DNA from: Octopus bimaculoides
Taxonomy: Eukaryota
DNA length: 39,015 nucleotides
Reading direction: 5' to 3'
Assembly (NCBI RefSeq): GCF_001194135.2
Contig: NC_068982.1
Span: forward strand, 18,459,446 to 18,498,460
Position numbers and translations under genes: made by a program. A model generated the notes under the pieces. It was not told the DNA's origin. It did not search any database and saw only the letters and a program-made list of their open reading frames with translations. Shown here piece by piece: positions 23,304-34,350 of this stretch (positions are counted from its first letter, which is position 1; each line of letters starts with the position of its first letter).

Positions 23304-23630
23304 GATTTACTTCTCAGAGCGCTCGGTCTTGTTTGCTCTGTTTGATTCTGTGGGAGCGGACAGCAGCCTCTTGTCAGAAGTTTCACAGTATCTTTTTCCG
23401 CACATTATAAACTTTGATAATCAGGTGTTAATTGTTGTGGATGACATTCAACATCGAAGTAACTATATCGAAACCCTAGCTGTACCCCAGGAGAGCAGTG
23501 TTTGGGGCTTGTTCTCTCAAATCTGTTTGGATTTATCTGACATATTTCTCGAACATGGTTGGCAAACACTCTACTCACAGTCGACATTCATACAAATTCG
23601 TGTGTTGTTCATTTCCATCATTTTTCTGGC
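23303..23630 (-). mobile_element. 3' end of an R4/Dong-like (REL-endonuclease) non-LTR retrotransposon, degenerate
   Basis: Minus translation FEKYVR*IQTDLR...NTALLG, then TARV after a frameshift (TALLG at 23485-23499). This matches the typical R4-clade C-terminus xQKTALLGTARILR. A 3' UTR of about 150 bp and a long (TAA)n run follow. Confidence 0.7.
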
Positions 23631-23689
23631 TTTATATATACATATATATGTATTTATATATACATTTATATATACATATACATACATAT

Positions 23690-23767
<78 letters not shown>

Positions 23768-23984
23768 TGCGCGTGCGTGTGTGTGTATATATATACATAC
23801 ATATGTATATATATATANNNNNNNNNNNNNNNNNNNNNNNNNNNNNNNNNNNNNNNNNNNNNNNNNNNNNNNNNNNNNNNNNNNNNNNNNNNNNNNNNNN
23901 NNNNNNNNNNNNNNNNNNNNNNNNNNNNNNATATATATTCATAGATATATCTATATCTGTATATCATATAATAATGAAATCAAA

Positions 23985-24254
23985 GCAAAGTGTTTTGTGT
24001 TCTTCAGCAAGACTCTTTAGTTCGCTTTCCTCAGGTTCAGTCAACTGTAGAAATGAGTTGCGACGTTCGTTACTAGTGCCAAGCTGTATCGGCTTTTGCC
24101 CTTCCCTTAGATAACATCGGTGGTATGGAGAGGGGAGGCTTGTATAAATGGACGACAGCTGGTTTTCCAGAAATCACCTTGCCTGGACTGGTGCCTCGAG
24201 GGCTAGATTTCTAGGTGCAATTCAATGGTCATTCATGACTGAAGGGCGTCTTTA
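23985..24254 (+). mobile_element. 5'-truncated SINE, family E (second fragment at about 34395-34490)
   Basis: TTGTGTTCTTCAGCAAGAC...CAGTCAACTGTAGAAATGAGTTGCGACG...GTGCCAAGCTGTATCGGC resembles GCGTTGTGTACATGAGCAAAGC...CACTCAACTGTTATGGAG at 34415-34490, which is preceded by a B-box-like TTCAATTCCTGGACCGGG. Confidence 0.6.
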
Positions 24255-24843
24255 ACTATTTTAAACGATATTTCAAATGTATCTAATACTTTTTTCCGAT
24301 ATTTCGCAATAGGTAAAAATAAAATTTAATCTATTTGGCAAGCACCTTTCCAATTTGTCGGAGCAGCTGGTCCTTTGTTGACTCTTTCCATGCAGTTTTT
24401 CCTTCCGTTTCAGTCGTACGCTTTCCCGTTCATCTATCTCTTACCCTCCGTTCGTCTATCATTCACTCTACGTTCTCCTATTTCTCACTCATCAAATATG
24501 TAGCAAACATTGTCCGGATCATGTACAATGGATGAATTTCAACAATTTATTCATATTTGAATGTATTAATTGAGGAAAAAGTTTAAGCAACACATGAAAT
24601 ATCCTTTTTATCAATTGAACAATATCTAAAATGTACCAATTAATAGCATTCAAAATATCCTTTCTTCATTTGACATCATTTCTATGCACTATACTGCATA
24701 GTAGGTCGTAGCTCTAACCAAATGTGTAATACAACAAAGATTTTGAGTGGCTGTTTCTATTCGACTCGAGCCGGAGATTCTGTTAAGGTGCATCGCTTCT
24801 AAGCTTATTGTGAGGTCTATGTATGTCAGCATGTCTGTATTCA

Positions 24844-24847
<4 letters not shown>

Positions 24848-24909
<62 letters not shown>

Positions 24910-24986
24910 TCTCTCTCTCTCCCTCTCTCTCTGTCTCTCTGTCTCTCTTTCTCTCTCTCTCTCTCGCTCTGTTTATGCGTACGTAC

Positions 24987-25019
<33 letters not shown>

Positions 25020-25091
25020 TGTCATGTATATGCATACCATGACGATCACGATCATCAACATCACCACCACCACCACCACCACCACCACCAC
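24848..25091. repeat. (CT)n, (ATGT)n and (CAC)n microsatellite cluster
   Basis: Direct observation. Confidence 0.97.
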
Positions 25092-25429
25092 NNNNNNNNN
25101 NNNNNNNNNNNNNNNNNNNNNNNNNNNNNNNNNNNNNNNNNNNNNNNNNNNNNNNNNNNNNNNNNNNNNNNNNNNNNNNNNNNNNNNNNNNNNNNNNNNN
25201 NNNNNNNNNNNNNNNNNNNNNNNNNNNNNNNNNNNNNNNNNNNNNNNNNNNNNNNNNNNNNNNNNNNNNNNNNNNNNNNNNNNNNNNNNNNNNNNNNNNN
25301 NNNNNNNNNNNNNNNNNNNNNNNNNNNNNNNNNNNNNNNNNNNNNNNNNNNNNNNNNNNNNNNNNNNNNNNNNNNNNNNNNNNNNNNNCCACCGCTATAA
25401 TCATCATCATCATTATTACTAAAGTGTTG

Positions 25430-25650
25430 GGTAAGGCGGCAAACTGGCGCAGTTAACAGACCGACCAAAATGCTTAGAGTTTTTTTCGCCCATCTCCACA
25501 TTCCGAGTTCAAATTCTGCCGAAGACGCCTTTGCTTTTCTTCATTTTGAGGACAATAAAACAAGTGTCAGTTGAGCCCTGGAGTTGATGCAATTGACTAA
25601 TCCTCTCCACTAAATTGCCGACCTTGTACAAATATTAGAAACCGTTATTA

Positions 25651-25682
<32 letters not shown>

Positions 25683-25705
25683 GTTATTATTATTATTATT
25701 ATTAC
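25430..25705 (+). mobile_element. family-B SINE with (TTA)n tail
   Basis: AAGGCGGCAAACTGGC...CCAAAATGCTTAG...GAGTTCAAATTCTGCCGAAG...CCTTTGCTTTTC...AAATTGCCGACCTTGTAC followed by (TTA)n. Confidence 0.8.
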
Positions 25706-26384
25706 TCCTATTATTTTGACTTTGCTCACTTACAATGAAAGAAAGAAAGGAAGAAAGAAAGAAAGCTGAAAGGTATGGAGACACTTTGAGACATGAGAGG
25801 AGGTGGTCATGTATGGAGGGGGCAGAAATGGTGCAAATTATCTGTCTTTGTTAAAAGTAGATGTCACATAATGGAGGATGCAATGTTTGCAGCATTAATT
25901 AGAGTAAAATCATCATCGTCATCGTCATCATCATAATTGTCCGCCATCAATCTGATTGTTGTTGTTGTTGTTGTCGGTGTCATCATTCATGATGACAGAT
26001 GCACTTTGAGGAAGGAAGTTGAGTAAGGAAATATAAGATATATGAATAAATAAAATATGTTGTTGTCTAAACATGCTTAACATCTTATTTCACAATGAAA
26101 TTAGAGAAACAATGATGGAACTAATTCGAGGCGTGGCTGTGTGGTAACATTTTTGCTTCTCAAGCAAATGATCATGGTACATATGTATGTATGTATGCAT
26201 ATGCATACATATATACATATAACAATTTAAAGAATGTATATATATATATATATATATATATNNNNNNNNNNNNNNNNNNNNNNNNNNNNNNNNNNNNNNN
26301 NNNNNNNNNNNNNNNNNNNNNNNNNNNNNNNNNNNNNNNNNNNNNNNNNNNNNNNNNNNNNNNNNNNNNNNNNNNNNNNNNNNN

Positions 26385-26550
26385 ATACGATGGGCTTCTT
26401 TCAGTTTCCGTCTACCAAATCCATTAAGAAGGCTTAGGTCGGGCCGAGGCTATAGTAGAACACACTTGCCCAAGGTGCCTCGCAGTGGGACTGAACCCGG
26501 AACCATGTGGTTGGTAAGGAAGCTACTTACCACACAGCCACTCCTATGCC
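26385..26550 (-). mobile_element. 5' half of a family-A SINE (internal microsatellite falls in the gap)
   Basis: Plus strand: GGGCTTCTTTCAGTTTCCGTCTACCAAATCC...CACTTGCCCAAGGTGCCTCGCAGTGGGACTGAACCCGGAACCATGTGGTTGGTAAGGAAGCTACTTACCACACAGCCACTCC. Confidence 0.9.
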
Positions 26551-26578
26551 TATATATATATATATATACATAGTCTTT

Positions 26579-26747
26579 GCAGCGCGGAAGGTGTTTATAA
26601 GCCATTTAAAAACACACAAAGCCATTAGATTTACTTCAACATTTAAATTTGATTTGTCAAAATATTTTCTTTGCTTTGAAACCGCGACCTGTTCACTGAC
26701 AAAATTCCGGTTTATTTTAAATGGCTTATAAACAGCTTCCACGCTGC
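26579..26747. mobile_element. short element with 33-bp inverted arms (MITE-like or fold-back)
   Basis: GCAGCGCGGAAGGTGTTTATAAGCCATTTAAAA (26579-26611) against the reverse complement of 26715-26747, GCAGCGTGGAAGCTGTTTATAAGCCATTTAAAA: 31/33 identical, 103-bp spacer. No clear TSD. Confidence 0.7.
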
Positions 26748-26941
26748 TCTGGTCTTTGTTTCGGCACACGATCTCAGATCGCGTCAATTGCTATGCAAGT
26801 ACATTTCCGGAACATATATTCTTTAATTTTTTTGTTTCAGCTTCATAGTTGCGGCCAAGCTCGGGCACCACCCTTGACAATGTTGCATCTGTATTTGAAA
26901 CTTTCCTTGATCTGTAGAATTTGGTTAATGAGGATATACCT

Positions 26942-27142
26942 TTTACTCGTTTCAGTTATTAGACTCCTATCATGCTGGGGTACCGCCTTAAAGGATTTAA
27001 TTGTTTTCTTTTATTGAGTTTGGTACTTCCTCTATCGGTTTTATTTGCTGAAACGCTGGTTTACTATGACGTAAACGCAACCCCAGTTGTCAAGCTGTCG
27101 TGCAGTACAATCGCAGACACAGAATCTCCCTCACACACATAC

Positions 27143-27193
<51 letters not shown>

Positions 27194-27378
27194 CACACAC
27201 ACACAGATACATATATATACGGCAAGCTTCTTTCAGTTTTCCTCTACCAAATAATCACACAAATCTTTGATTGACCCGAGACTATAGTATAAGACACTTG
27301 TCGGAGGTACCACGCAAAGAGATTGATCTTGAAACTATGTGGATATGAAGCCAGTTTCTTACCACACTGCCACACCTA
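26942..27378 (-). mobile_element. degenerate full-length family-A SINE with internal (CA)n (plus a 3' fragment at about 26830-26880)
   Basis: TTTTACTCGTTTCAGTTATTAGAC...CATGCTGGGGTACCGCCTT, (CA)n, then GCTTCTTTCAGTTTTCCTCTACCAAAT...AAGACACTTG...TTCTTACCACACTGCCACACC. Confidence 0.8.
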
Positions 27379-29261
27379 GAGTTAACGATTGTCTCTTATA
27401 CACATATGCCATGTTAGCCACATATGCTATATCAGCAGCGCAAATCAAAAATATATGTAAGCACCTGATTAGAAACAGAAACTATTTGACTGTTTTTTAT
27501 CATATACTTTATTATATTATTTATAGATTTTGTGATGTATATTGTAACAATAGTCATTACAACGATGTTTGACACTTTGTGATTGCATAGAAATGATTAT
27601 TTGAGCTTTTATGCAGATAAATGCTAATGAATTCTGACATATGGTATAATAATAATAATACATGCTCCTAAAGTTTTCTACTACCTACCTTCGGTGTCAG
27701 TTTATACACAATTCTCAACAAGGAAGTACAGAAGAAATATATATGCGTTCTGTGTTAAACTTCAACGTTTGAATCGATGCTTTTATATAGAACATTCTCT
27801 TCTGTTCAATCGATAATGACTCGTGTAACATTTCAATCATTTCATCATATAACTGACACCTACATTTTTTTCTCTCCCCATACTTCTGTGGTGCATCACT
27901 AAGTATACTGTGTTCAATATAATGTGGACGACATTAACACCATCAATTTCTTTTATTGAAGGATTCTTTTCCATTTATGTTATTTCTCTTAACATTGTTG
28001 TCTAAGTATGTTGGAAATGTTTCGGCATCTTGTGATAAATTTCTCTTCCGTCACACCAGATCTTATGCAAAAGATTGCAAGATATCCTTGAAGATCTTAT
28101 AGGAAACATAATAAATTGAATTGGTTTTCTTGATATCAATAAGAAGTATTAAAAGCACGTATATCAAAGCAGAAAAAAAAATACTTCGAAAATCAGCCAA
28201 TCTTTTCAATTTTTATCTCACCTGTATATTTATTACCATAGAATGAAATTCACTAAAACAAGTTGAGAAATATTGAAACAAATTACCTACATGAGAGTTC
28301 TCATTGTAATGGAATTTTGGGAATAATGATTGGACACACTTTTTCAAATGTTCCTAGAAACATAGATACATTTGTTAAAATATATAAACAAATTTGGTAG
28401 AATGGACATAATACATAGATAGCAACTCTACTTGAAAATGAAAGCGAACTTTTTAGAAAGTCCTTTTACAGTTATATAAATATTGCAGTTTGAATATATC
28501 AAAAGTTATCTTTTCGCAAAAGTTCATCTCACTGTATTTAAAATATATGTCTGGCATTTTCTATTTTACAACACTACATTACATAAAAGTATATGTTATT
28601 TATAAAATGTACTTATGTGAAGTATATAAATGATTGAGTCAAAACAAACATTGATAGCAAAATAATTACATATCTTTGTAGCTAACTTGAAAAGCAAAGC
28701 AACATTTTAAAAAATAGTGTGATCAGCGACAGTGAAACGCACATATATTCTTATATAACATTACGTGTGCAAAACGTTTCATAATTATGTCAATTGCATC
28801 CGCTATAAAATGGCCACAACTTGATGTTATGAGTGAGGCGTAATACTACAACTGAATATTTTTATCAACAATGCTATGCATCTGCCCATTTACATACTTA
28901 CATACATACACGTATATGTGTGCATGTGTGTGTGTCTGTATGTATGCATGTAGAGGTAAGATCCAAGGAGCCAGGTAAGATCCAAGGAGCCAAGTTAATA
29001 AGCTTTGAGCTCTTTGCGGAAGGTATAACAAACAACGTTGAGGAACAATAGTGGTTTATTGACATAGATGGGCATACATTTATCCTATATCGATATTTCG
29101 CTCAAATCTATTGCGAGTTAACTTGGAATCCCTTGACGACAATGTAACCTTCATTTAACTAAGCCTGATTAGTAGCTAGTGGAATACCTCTCGCAGAGTG
29201 ATTAATATTTCCGATTTTACTTGCTCCATTCCCTAAAATTTGGACATGTATATATATATAA

Positions 29262-29406
29262 TGGAGTTGCTGTGTTGTAATTAGCTTCCTTACCAACCAC
29301 ATGCTCCCGGGTGGCACCATGGGTAAGTGTCAAGTGTCTTCTACCAAGGTGAGTCGATTTGGTAGACTCAAACTGGAAGAAGCCTGTCGTATATATATAT
29401 ATATAT
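29262..29406 (+). mobile_element. 5' part of a family-A SINE with internal deletions, ending in (TA)n and a gap
   Basis: GGAGTTGCTGTGTTGTAATTAGCTTCCTTACCAACCACATG...CAAGTGTCTTCTAC...GATTTGGTAGACTCAAACTGGAAGAAGCCTGTCGTATATA. Confidence 0.82.
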
Positions 29407-30287
29407 NNNNNNNNNNNNNNNNNNNNNNNNNNNNNNNNNNNNNNNNNNNNNNNNNNNNNNNNNNNNNNNNNNNNNNNNNNNNNNNNNNNNNNNNNNNNNN
29501 NNNNNNNNNNNNNNNNNNNNNNNNNNNNNNNNNNNNNNNNNNNNNNNNNNNNNNNNNNNNNNNNNNNNNNNNNNNNNNNNNNNNNNNNNNNNNNNNNNNN
29601 NNNNNNNNNNNNNNNNNNNNNNNNNNNNNNNNNNNNNNNNNNNNNNNNNNNNNNNNNNNNNNNNNNNNNNNNNNNNNNNNNNNNNNNNNNNNNNNNNNNN
29701 NNNNNNNNNNNNNNNNNNNNNNNNNNNNNNNNNNNNNNNNNNNNNNNNNNNNNNNNNNNNNNNNNNNNNNNNNNNNNNNNNNNNNNNNNNNNNNNNNNNN
29801 NNNNNNNNNNNNNNNNNNNNNNNNNNNNNNNNNNNNNNNNNNNNNNNNNNNNNNNNNNNNNNNNNNNNNNNNNNNNNNNNNNNNNNNNNNNNNNNNNNNN
29901 NNNNNNNNNNNNNNNNNNNNNNNNNNNNNNNNNNNNNNNNNNNNNNNNNNNNNNNNNNNNNNNNNNNNNNNNNNNNNNNNNNNNNNNNNNNNNNNNNNNN
30001 NNNNNNNNNNNNNNNNNNNNNNNNNNNNNNNNNNNNNNNNNNNNNNNNNNNNNNNNNNNNNNNNNNNNNNNNNNNNNNNNNNNNNNNNNNNNNNNNNNNN
30101 NNNNNNNNNNNNNNNNNNNNNNNNNNNNNNNNNNNNNNNNNNNNNNNNNNNNNNNNNNNNNNNNNNNNNNNNNNNNNNNNNNNNNNNNNNNNNNNNNNNN
30201 NNNNNNNNNNNNNNNNNNNNNNNNNNNNNNNNNNNNNNNNNNNNNNNNNNNNNNNNNNNNNNNNNNNNNNNNNNNNNNNNNNNNNNN

Positions 30288-30329
<42 letters not shown>

Positions 30330-30644
30330 TACGTATACACGCATATCCAATTTAGGTAGATAGAGCAGTAGGAGAAATGCAAACGGTTAGACAATCTCAC
30401 TTATTCATAGACAATAGATAGCAAAATAGATTTGTGTGCTTGTGGAAGGTAGATATACAAATACATTTGTGGGAAAGAATGGGAAATTAACTATATATTT
30501 ATTTCTGGACAATGAAAAACATAGCGAACATAAAATCACAGAGAATTACATCGCAAATGAAGCAGAAGAATAACCACACTGTTAAAATACAAACTTTTGC
30601 TTAGCACCACCTGCCTGATAATGTAAATGCTGTATGCTATACGA

Positions 30645-30857
30645 CAATGACGATGACAACTACCACCACTACCACCACCGACACCAACAACCACAACAAT
30701 ACCAATATTACAGCCAACATCGCTAACATCCCGATGACCCCCAAAACCACCACCAACACCATCATAGCAACCTCCACTACACCACTATCACTACCACCAC
30801 TACCACCACTACCAGCACTACAATCATCAACACCAACACCACCACCACCACCACCAC
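30645..30857. repeat. decayed (CAC/CAA/TAC)n trinucleotide tract
   Basis: Direct observation; yields the T/P-rich ORF 30647-30886. Confidence 0.9.
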
Positions 30858-31035
30858 GTGACCTCGCTTGTTGTCCACATCTTTAACGTCTTTCAATCTT
30901 CAAATGTTTTCTTCAACCCAATAAAGCGACAGATTTGTTCACTTATTCGTTATCTTTTCTATTAATCACCGAAGAAACAAGATTCGGAATGGTGATTGTC
31001 CACTTCTCTCAGAAACCATGCTGGCTGTATCTCGA

Positions 31036-31067
<32 letters not shown>

Positions 31068-31084
31068 ATGTGTGTGTGTGTGTA

Positions 31085-31147
<63 letters not shown>

Positions 31148-31499
31148 TGCAGTAGTACATTAACGTTTATCTGAGTCCGTTTCTTGCCGTCAGTTCCATT
31201 TATCGTGTTGGAACGAAACACCCATACTGGTGGTATATTTGAGGCTCTGCTTGATATGATGAACTAGGACAGCACATTAAAACAATTAGAACATTTTCGG
31301 TGAGTAATAAAAGAATTTACGTGCCACAGATTAGTACTAACCATGGCGGAAACGTGTCAATTATGTTTGGTCGCATGCATGTTGTTGCCTAGTCCAGAAA
31401 GTCGATGACGTTGCTGAAACGTATTTTCGCGAGTGAAGAAAACAACCGATTATTTCGCATTTTGAATTCAGGAAAGAAAGCTTGCAAGGCTATTTTCCA

Positions 31500-31830
31500 T
31501 TAAGATACAGTTGTGTTCATGCTTGCAGTTTTATTTTTTGGTGTGTCGCAACCAGTTTTTACTCCACTTATATCGCTGGAAAGCTTTGTAATATTGACCC
31601 CCTCTTCGATTCCTGACCTTAAATGGACCTTCTATTGCCACAGTATGTTTCTGTGTATGTAAGCCCCTTGATGTTGTTCGGCTCCATCAATTCTGATTTG
31701 TAGAGAAACTCTTGTGAATTGCACTGACCATTCACCAGTGACTCAATGCAAACTTATTACGAGCCAGCTGCGTCTGTTCGAAGTTTTGCGGTAAACACCA
31801 TTTGTTGTCATAAGCTCACAACTGAAGATA
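31500..31830 (-). pseudogene. possible ancient LINE apurinic endonuclease (APE) remnant
   Basis: One minus frame with stops gives MVFTAKLRTD (31772-31801; compare MGDFNAKVGTD), KGLTYT...GNRRSI, and SILQSFPAI*VE*KLVATHQKIKL (compare ...YPGAD..SDH.LLVA.IKLKL) in the expected order. Similarity is weak. Confidence 0.3.
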
Positions 31831-32102
31831 ACCCGTGATTTAAGCCTATTGAATATTTCCCTATACCTATGATCCTGTGTAAAACGTTTACTCACTTTAT
31901 TAACGGAAGACACCAATCACTCGGGTATTCCTATTATGTAAATGTGGTGGTGATAGCTGAAGTGGTAAAAACAGAGTGACGCTTCCTCTTGTGGTGTTAC
32001 ACTCTATGCATGCTCTTTCCTAGGGCACCATTGTAATTGGACCTCTTCGCCGCCCCCAAGCATTTATTGAGTTCAACATAATCCTACTGATAAACATCAA
32101 CT

Positions 32103-33015
32103 GTTTAAACCCCATACACAGATGGCAAGATAGTGTGTTGATATGCGATAGACTTTCATTTGGATTGCAGTAGCGCTCGGATTAATCTGCGAAAATTACC
32201 GTGACTATGGTAACTTCGAACTCCAGGTATTTTAGCGAATACATGTCGTTGTTATTATGCAAAAGTGTTGCTTTTTCAGAAAGGGAAAAAGTAGTTTCAA
32301 CATTCCATTTCTTTTTACATTAGCAACAGTTTCAGCTTAACAAAAATACTTTGTTGGGATATAAAATCATAACTCCGTGTATGTCTTGTATGTATGATAT
32401 TTTGAGACAGAAATATTTTTGCAAAACTATCGTATGTGGGACCTACTGCAGTTTTAAAACAGCTAAACTCCTGTACTACACTTTGACAATTTTCATATCT
32501 TGGCATCTGAAGCAGCTGGAGATACGATAGTTTGACCAAAAGATCCGGCTATTGCAAGTAAAATTAAATATTAAAACAACTATAAAGCGCATTTGGCCAT
32601 ATTTGGACAGTTTAACATAATAGCAAAGATATATGCACACATGTGTGAGTGAGTGTGTATGAATGAAAAGTGCTATAATGTTTCAGAAACTATATCACAA
32701 TATTGATATTTCTTATTCATGTAATATTGTACATACTCTTGTCTACATTTCAATTGTTTAAACGCGTATGGCAAGATGGTGTTAATATGCAACAGACTTT
32801 CATTTAGATTGTGGTTGTGCTCTGATCAATATGCAGAAATTATCGTGACTATAATAACTTTGAACTCCATGTGTTTTAGCGAATACATATACATACGTGC
32901 GACTGCACGCGTATGTGCGTGCGTGTGCGTGTGAGAAAAAATGTGGTGTCATGTTTCAGAGAATATATCACAATTTTGATATTTCTTATCGTGTACTATT
33001 GTACATAATCTTGTC
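32103..33015. repeat. diverged local tandem duplication (X1 32103-32244 / X2 32756-32888; Y1 32679-32744 / Y2 32952-33015)
   Basis: Both X copies contain GTTTAAAC...ATGGCAAGAT...AGACTTTCATTT...CGTGACTAT...GAACTCCA...TTTTAGCGAATACAT. Both Y copies contain TGTTTCAGA...TATATCACAAT.TTGATATTTCTTAT...ATTGTACATA...TTGTCT. Confidence 0.88.
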
Positions 33016-34013
33016 TTGTCTTACGGTAATTTTATAATCTATTCATACTGGACTTTTTTTAATTTCACGATTGCACAGTTAATATCTTAATTATAAGTTT
33101 ATAGATCTCTTAATCATGTAAAATTATATTTTGTCATGAGTGTTTACGTTAGGGTTTTGTGCAAGTAAGTAAAGCTAATAGCCATGGTAAATCATATAAA
33201 ACATTCTATTTAATTTCCTCCAACACGTTTTTTGAACTTAGATTTTCCGTACTTTTTGTGAATAGAAATATGCTGAAATTAATTGAACCGAATACTTGTC
33301 TCCAATCCACAAATTCAACTATTAGCTTATAAATATAAACTGTACTTGAAAATAGGGGAAGTCTCTCTATCCATTATCATAAATATTCACGAAGAAAGAC
33401 TGATTCAGCGGTACTGTAGAGAGACTTTGCAAAAATAGTTGCTTTCACATAAGACTCGGCTTAGGTTACCTTTTCTTGAAAATGCTTCTTTGATAATCAG
33501 ACAAGTTTTATATTATCTAATCCGACGACAAATAAATGGATAAATGCCAGAAAAAATATCAAATATGTTTCCTACATTGATTATATAAACAACGTTAAAT
33601 CAATACGACTGGCAACCGCTAATTTAGTATTTATTTATCACGGTTGTAGCGAAAATATCGATTAAGCTTTGTATTTGACACACAAATTTATTCGTTGCAC
33701 ATAAGTTAGTTTCTTCATATCGCTAGTTAAGTTTTTTTTCTCTCTCATTCAGATAGGTTTATCTATCTGTTTTCCTCGCAAATGGCAATACCTCGTGAGA
33801 GTTCGAAAAGCGAGAAGAACTAGATAATCTAATATCGAACATCTCCAGTAGCTGCAGTAACAAATATACAGACACAATTGATGAGCTTTACTTTCATTGG
33901 TTACGAGGATTGCAAATACGTAATATGAATACTAAATGTTGTAAAATAGAGAAGAAAAAATATATGATGACATTACATTTACATACCTGGAATATCAAGA
34001 AATAAGCAACTAT

Positions 34014-34118
34014 TTTCTTCTTCTTCTTCTTCTTCTTTTTCTTCTTTTTCTTCTTCTTTTTCTTCTTCTTTTTCTTCTTCTTCTTCTTCTTCTTCTTCTT
34101 CTTCTTCTTCTTCAATTT

Positions 34119-34184
<66 letters not shown>

Positions 34185-34283
34185 GAACGTTTCTTTTTCT
34201 TACTACTGTTATTATCATATAAATAATAATAATATTAATAATGATACTAATAATAATAATAATAATAATAATATTAATAATGA

Positions 34284-34321
<38 letters not shown>

Positions 34322-34350
34322 GTAATAATAATAATAATTATTATTATTAT
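34014..34350. repeat. compound (TTC)n-(TAC)n-(TAA)n microsatellite
   Basis: Direct observation; source of the poly-K, poly-V and poly-E ORFs. Confidence 0.97.

Noticed and set aside
23302-24114. 270-aa plus-strand ORF
   Set aside because: It is the antisense of the R4-like remnant, continuing through microsatellite and a gap.
27680-28100. Minus-strand peptide-like stretches behind the acceptor-like TTTCCTATAAG
   Set aside because: Frames break after 30-45 codons and no coherent exon or known domain emerges.
33359-33427. 11-bp inverted repeat AAGTCTCTCTA/TAGAGAGACTT
   Set aside because: Low-complexity arms with a 47-nt spacer; within chance expectation.
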